Source: an uncultured candidate division Zixibacteria bacterium
GTDB lineage: Bacteria > Zixibacteria > MSB-5A5 > UBA10806 > 4484-95
DNA length: 64,000 bases
Direction: 5' to 3'
Assembly (NCBI GenBank): GCA_963668625.2
Contig: CAXXKA010000005.1
Coordinates: 32,001 to 96,000 of the forward strand
Numbering within the stretch: position 1 is the stretch's first letter; each line of letters opens with the position of its first letter. The notes below the pieces were generated by a model. That model did not search any database. It saw nothing but the letters and a program-made list of their open reading frames with translations, and was not told where the DNA came from. Below, piece after piece: positions 61,743 through 64,000 of the stretch. The translations under genes were made by a program, and so were the position numbers.

Positions 61743-62750
61743 ATGAGTAAAATATCGAAGATTCTTATAATTATCATATTTCTCGCAATAAGCTGTTCTG
61801 TCAAAGACACCCGTTTCAGTATTGGCCTGGAGGATTTCTACGGTGTATGGGCAAACGAGCATTGTCAGATGGTCAAGACCGGTAAATATGAGATTTTATT
61901 CGAACGAGATAACTATATAATAGATTGCTCCATCAGAAAAGTAAACAGCGATGATAAGCAGATATATCTCGAAACAGTCGCCACCGCCAGATATGACACA
62001 TATAACGCACAGATGTTTATAGTGGCAAAAGATCTCATGAATGGCGGCGAAATTATTTATGATAATGACCGATCCAATACTATTATCTTGAGCGAGCATT
62101 CATGTGAGTTAAAGGAATATCCTGAGAAGATAATTATCACCAGCAAAGGCGAAACCGTAGGCGAATTGGCGAAATTGCATAAACAGCTCAGGCTTCAATT
62201 TCCCTCGGGCAACTGGCAAACTCTGGAGCTGATCGAGCCACTAAATTTAAGCATACCTTATATGCCGATAAAGGCCGATAGCCAACATATTGGCACAGCG
62301 CTGCATCAATGGCGTCTCGGTACCACTTTCAGGCAAAACGATGAAGGCGTTGTCAACTCAATCGCTATTTACACCAACGAACACTCATTCGAGTTCACTA
62401 TCAACACAAACGATAATGAAATTTACGCCGACTGCCGGGCGGGCAGGGTAAAAACCAACGATCGCGGTACTTTGTACGATGAGACCATCCGGCTTGGATA
62501 CGACAACATGGATTTCGCTGCGCGAATGGTTTCCGATAATTTCGAGACGCTACGCAAAGAACTCGACATTGACAATGCCAGGTTCAATCTTGTCTCGGAG
62601 TTTGGCCCGGATAATACCGTATACCAACCGGTTAAATCTTTTGATGATACATTGATAGTGGTAGAGGGGCCGGACGGCGATTATCCTATAGTAAGGCCCT
62701 CGAAAGACTCGCCGGATATCCTGGAGTGGTTCGAATACGAAGATTATTGA
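61743..62750 (+). CDS. hypothetical lipoprotein
   Basis: RBS AGGAG and lipobox LAISC. Confidence 0.65.
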   Translation: MSKISKILIIIIFLAISCSVKDTRFSIGLEDFYGVWANEHCQMVKTGKYEILFERDNYIIDCSIRKVNSDDKQIYLETVATARYDTYNAQMFIVAKDLMNGGEIIYDNDRSNTIILSEHSCELKEYPEKIIITSKGETVGELAKLHKQLRLQFPSGNWQTLELIEPLNLSIPYMPIKADSQHIGTALHQWRLGTTFRQNDEGVVNSIAIYTNEHSFEFTINTNDNEIYADCRAGRVKTNDRGTLYDETIRLGYDNMDFAARMVSDNFETLRKELDIDNARFNLVSEFGPDNTVYQPVKSFDDTLIVVEGPDGDYPIVRPSKDSPDILEWFEYEDY

Positions 62751-62810
62751 TCAATCGTAATATGCCGAAACATTATACTGTATCCGTAAGTTGTGATTAG
62801 AAATTAATGA

Positions 62811-62839
62811 TTGACAATGCATTTTCTAACCGATACTAT
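62811..62839 (+). promoter_or_regulatory. sigma70-type promoter
   Basis: TTGACA-N17-TACTAT upstream of the PPIase gene. Confidence 0.55.
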
Positions 62840-63007
62840 GTTAGGAAATAAGCAATCGGGTACTCAAAAGGTACCCATTATTTTTTGCTCAATAATGGCT
62901 GAGGCAATCAGCACCACCTTCGTTTGGTATGAAATCCCAGACTCATTCCATGCGGACATCATAAGAATTGGCTTGGCGTGGAGCAATGAAATTTTCAGGA
63001 GGACAGG

Positions 63008-63436
63008 ATGAGTCAGGCGAAACAGAACGATAAAGTAAAAGTACATTATACAGGCACCCTTGATGACGGCACGGTTTTTGACAGCTCCCGCGATCGCGAT
63101 CCGTTCGAGTTTACCATTGGCGCCGGTCAGGTTATACCCGGATTCGAGACCGGTCTGGTCGGTATGGCTATCGGCGATACCAAGACAGTGAAAATCGAGC
63201 CTGAGGATGCCTATGGCAAAGTTCGCGAGGACCTGATTCTTGAAATCAATAAAAGCGAAATCCCCGCCGATATCGAACCGCAAGTCGGCCAACAGCTTCA
63301 AATCAATCAGTCGGATGGTAAAGTCATCCCGGTAACGATTTCGAATGTAACTGATGATAAAATTACTCTGGATGCCAATCATCCGTTAGCCGGAAAAGCC
63401 TTATCTTTCGAGATTGAGCTTTTGGAGATTAACTAA
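63008..63436 (+). CDS. slyD: FKBP-type peptidyl-prolyl isomerase (SlyD/SlpA type, no His tail)
   Basis: VHYTGTLDDGTVFDSS, PEDAYG and DANHPLAGK. Confidence 0.9.
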   Translation: MSQAKQNDKVKVHYTGTLDDGTVFDSSRDRDPFEFTIGAGQVIPGFETGLVGMAIGDTKTVKIEPEDAYGKVREDLILEINKSEIPADIEPQVGQQLQINQSDGKVIPVTISNVTDDKITLDANHPLAGKALSFEIELLEIN

Positions 63437-63566
63437 GGCAAATAATCTCTTTCACATTTCTCTATATTTTAACAGGCATGGAAGTCCGTATATATTTCCG
63501 CTTGATGATTTCGACGATTCCCTGCTTGTCCATAATATTCAAATGTAGTAATTTTGGATAAATAAA

Positions 63567-63605
63567 CGCTACTGTCCGGCCCTTCCATCTCGTTGCGAAG
63601 CTGCT
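63567..63605. mobile_element. truncated MITE end
   Basis: CGCTACTGTCCGGCCCTTCCATCTCGTTGCGAAGC matches the left end of copies B and C. Confidence 0.7.
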
Positions 63606-63758
63606 GGAATGGTTGTATAGCCAGTCCATATATTCATAGAAATAGAGTAATATCCCATATCCATTCATTTATTATACCTTTCGTAGATATTTCGCTTGAT
63701 TTATATATTCCAGATAAATAAAATAATTGGAATAGTAAAAATATTGAGACGTATTATT

Positions 63759-64000
63759 TTGGAAGAAAACGACTTAAATACGAAAGCCCCGGAAGGGGTA
63801 TCGGACGAAAAGAAATTAATTGCGGATTATGTAACCGGAAACCGGAGGGCATTTTCGGAATTAATGAAAAAATATCGCAACAAAGCGCTGAATTTTGCTT
63901 ATCGTTATCTAGGGGATATCGAGGAGGCGGAGGATGCTGCTCAGGATTGTTTCGTTAAAATCTATCTCAACCGTCAACGATTCGATCTGAGTAAGGAATT
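63759..64000 (+). CDS. ECF RNA polymerase sigma factor (5' part, runs off the window)
   Basis: Hand translation LEENDL...GNRRAFSELMKKYRNKALNFAYRYLGDIEEAEDAAQDCFVKIY, matching sigma region 2. Confidence 0.85.
   Translation, partial: MEENDLNTKAPEGVSDEKKLIADYVTGNRRAFSELMKKYRNKALNFAYRYLGDIEEAEDAAQDCFVKIYLNRQRFDLSKE

Overview
Bacterial chromosomal window. Dockerin-like and T9SS-CTD secreted proteins suggest an FCB-group lineage such as candidate phylum Zixibacteria (inference). Housekeeping and metabolic content: a gingipain-like C25 peptidase running off the left edge (missing from the ORF track), a Roco LRR-Roc-COR gene ending next to tRNA-Leu(CAA), split MetE, YitJ, MsrC, purF, proline dehydrogenase, CobO, CutA, SlyD, two sigma54-activator signalling clusters and a partial ECF sigma factor. 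The standout is an AT-rich ~12 kb array (31386-43325) bounded by an exact 43-bp direct repeat. It holds five tandem two-gene cassettes. Each pairs an N-truncated lytic-transglycosylase-like (lysozyme-fold) fragment with a signal-peptide ~345-aa partner that ends in an invariant, palindromic 50-bp DNA block. The array closes with an NHL-repeat T9SS-CTD gene. It looks like a recombining polymorphic peptidoglycan-toxin/immunity cassette array. A 255-bp MITE with 13-bp TIRs and perfect 9-bp TSDs occurs in three full copies plus degenerate ones.
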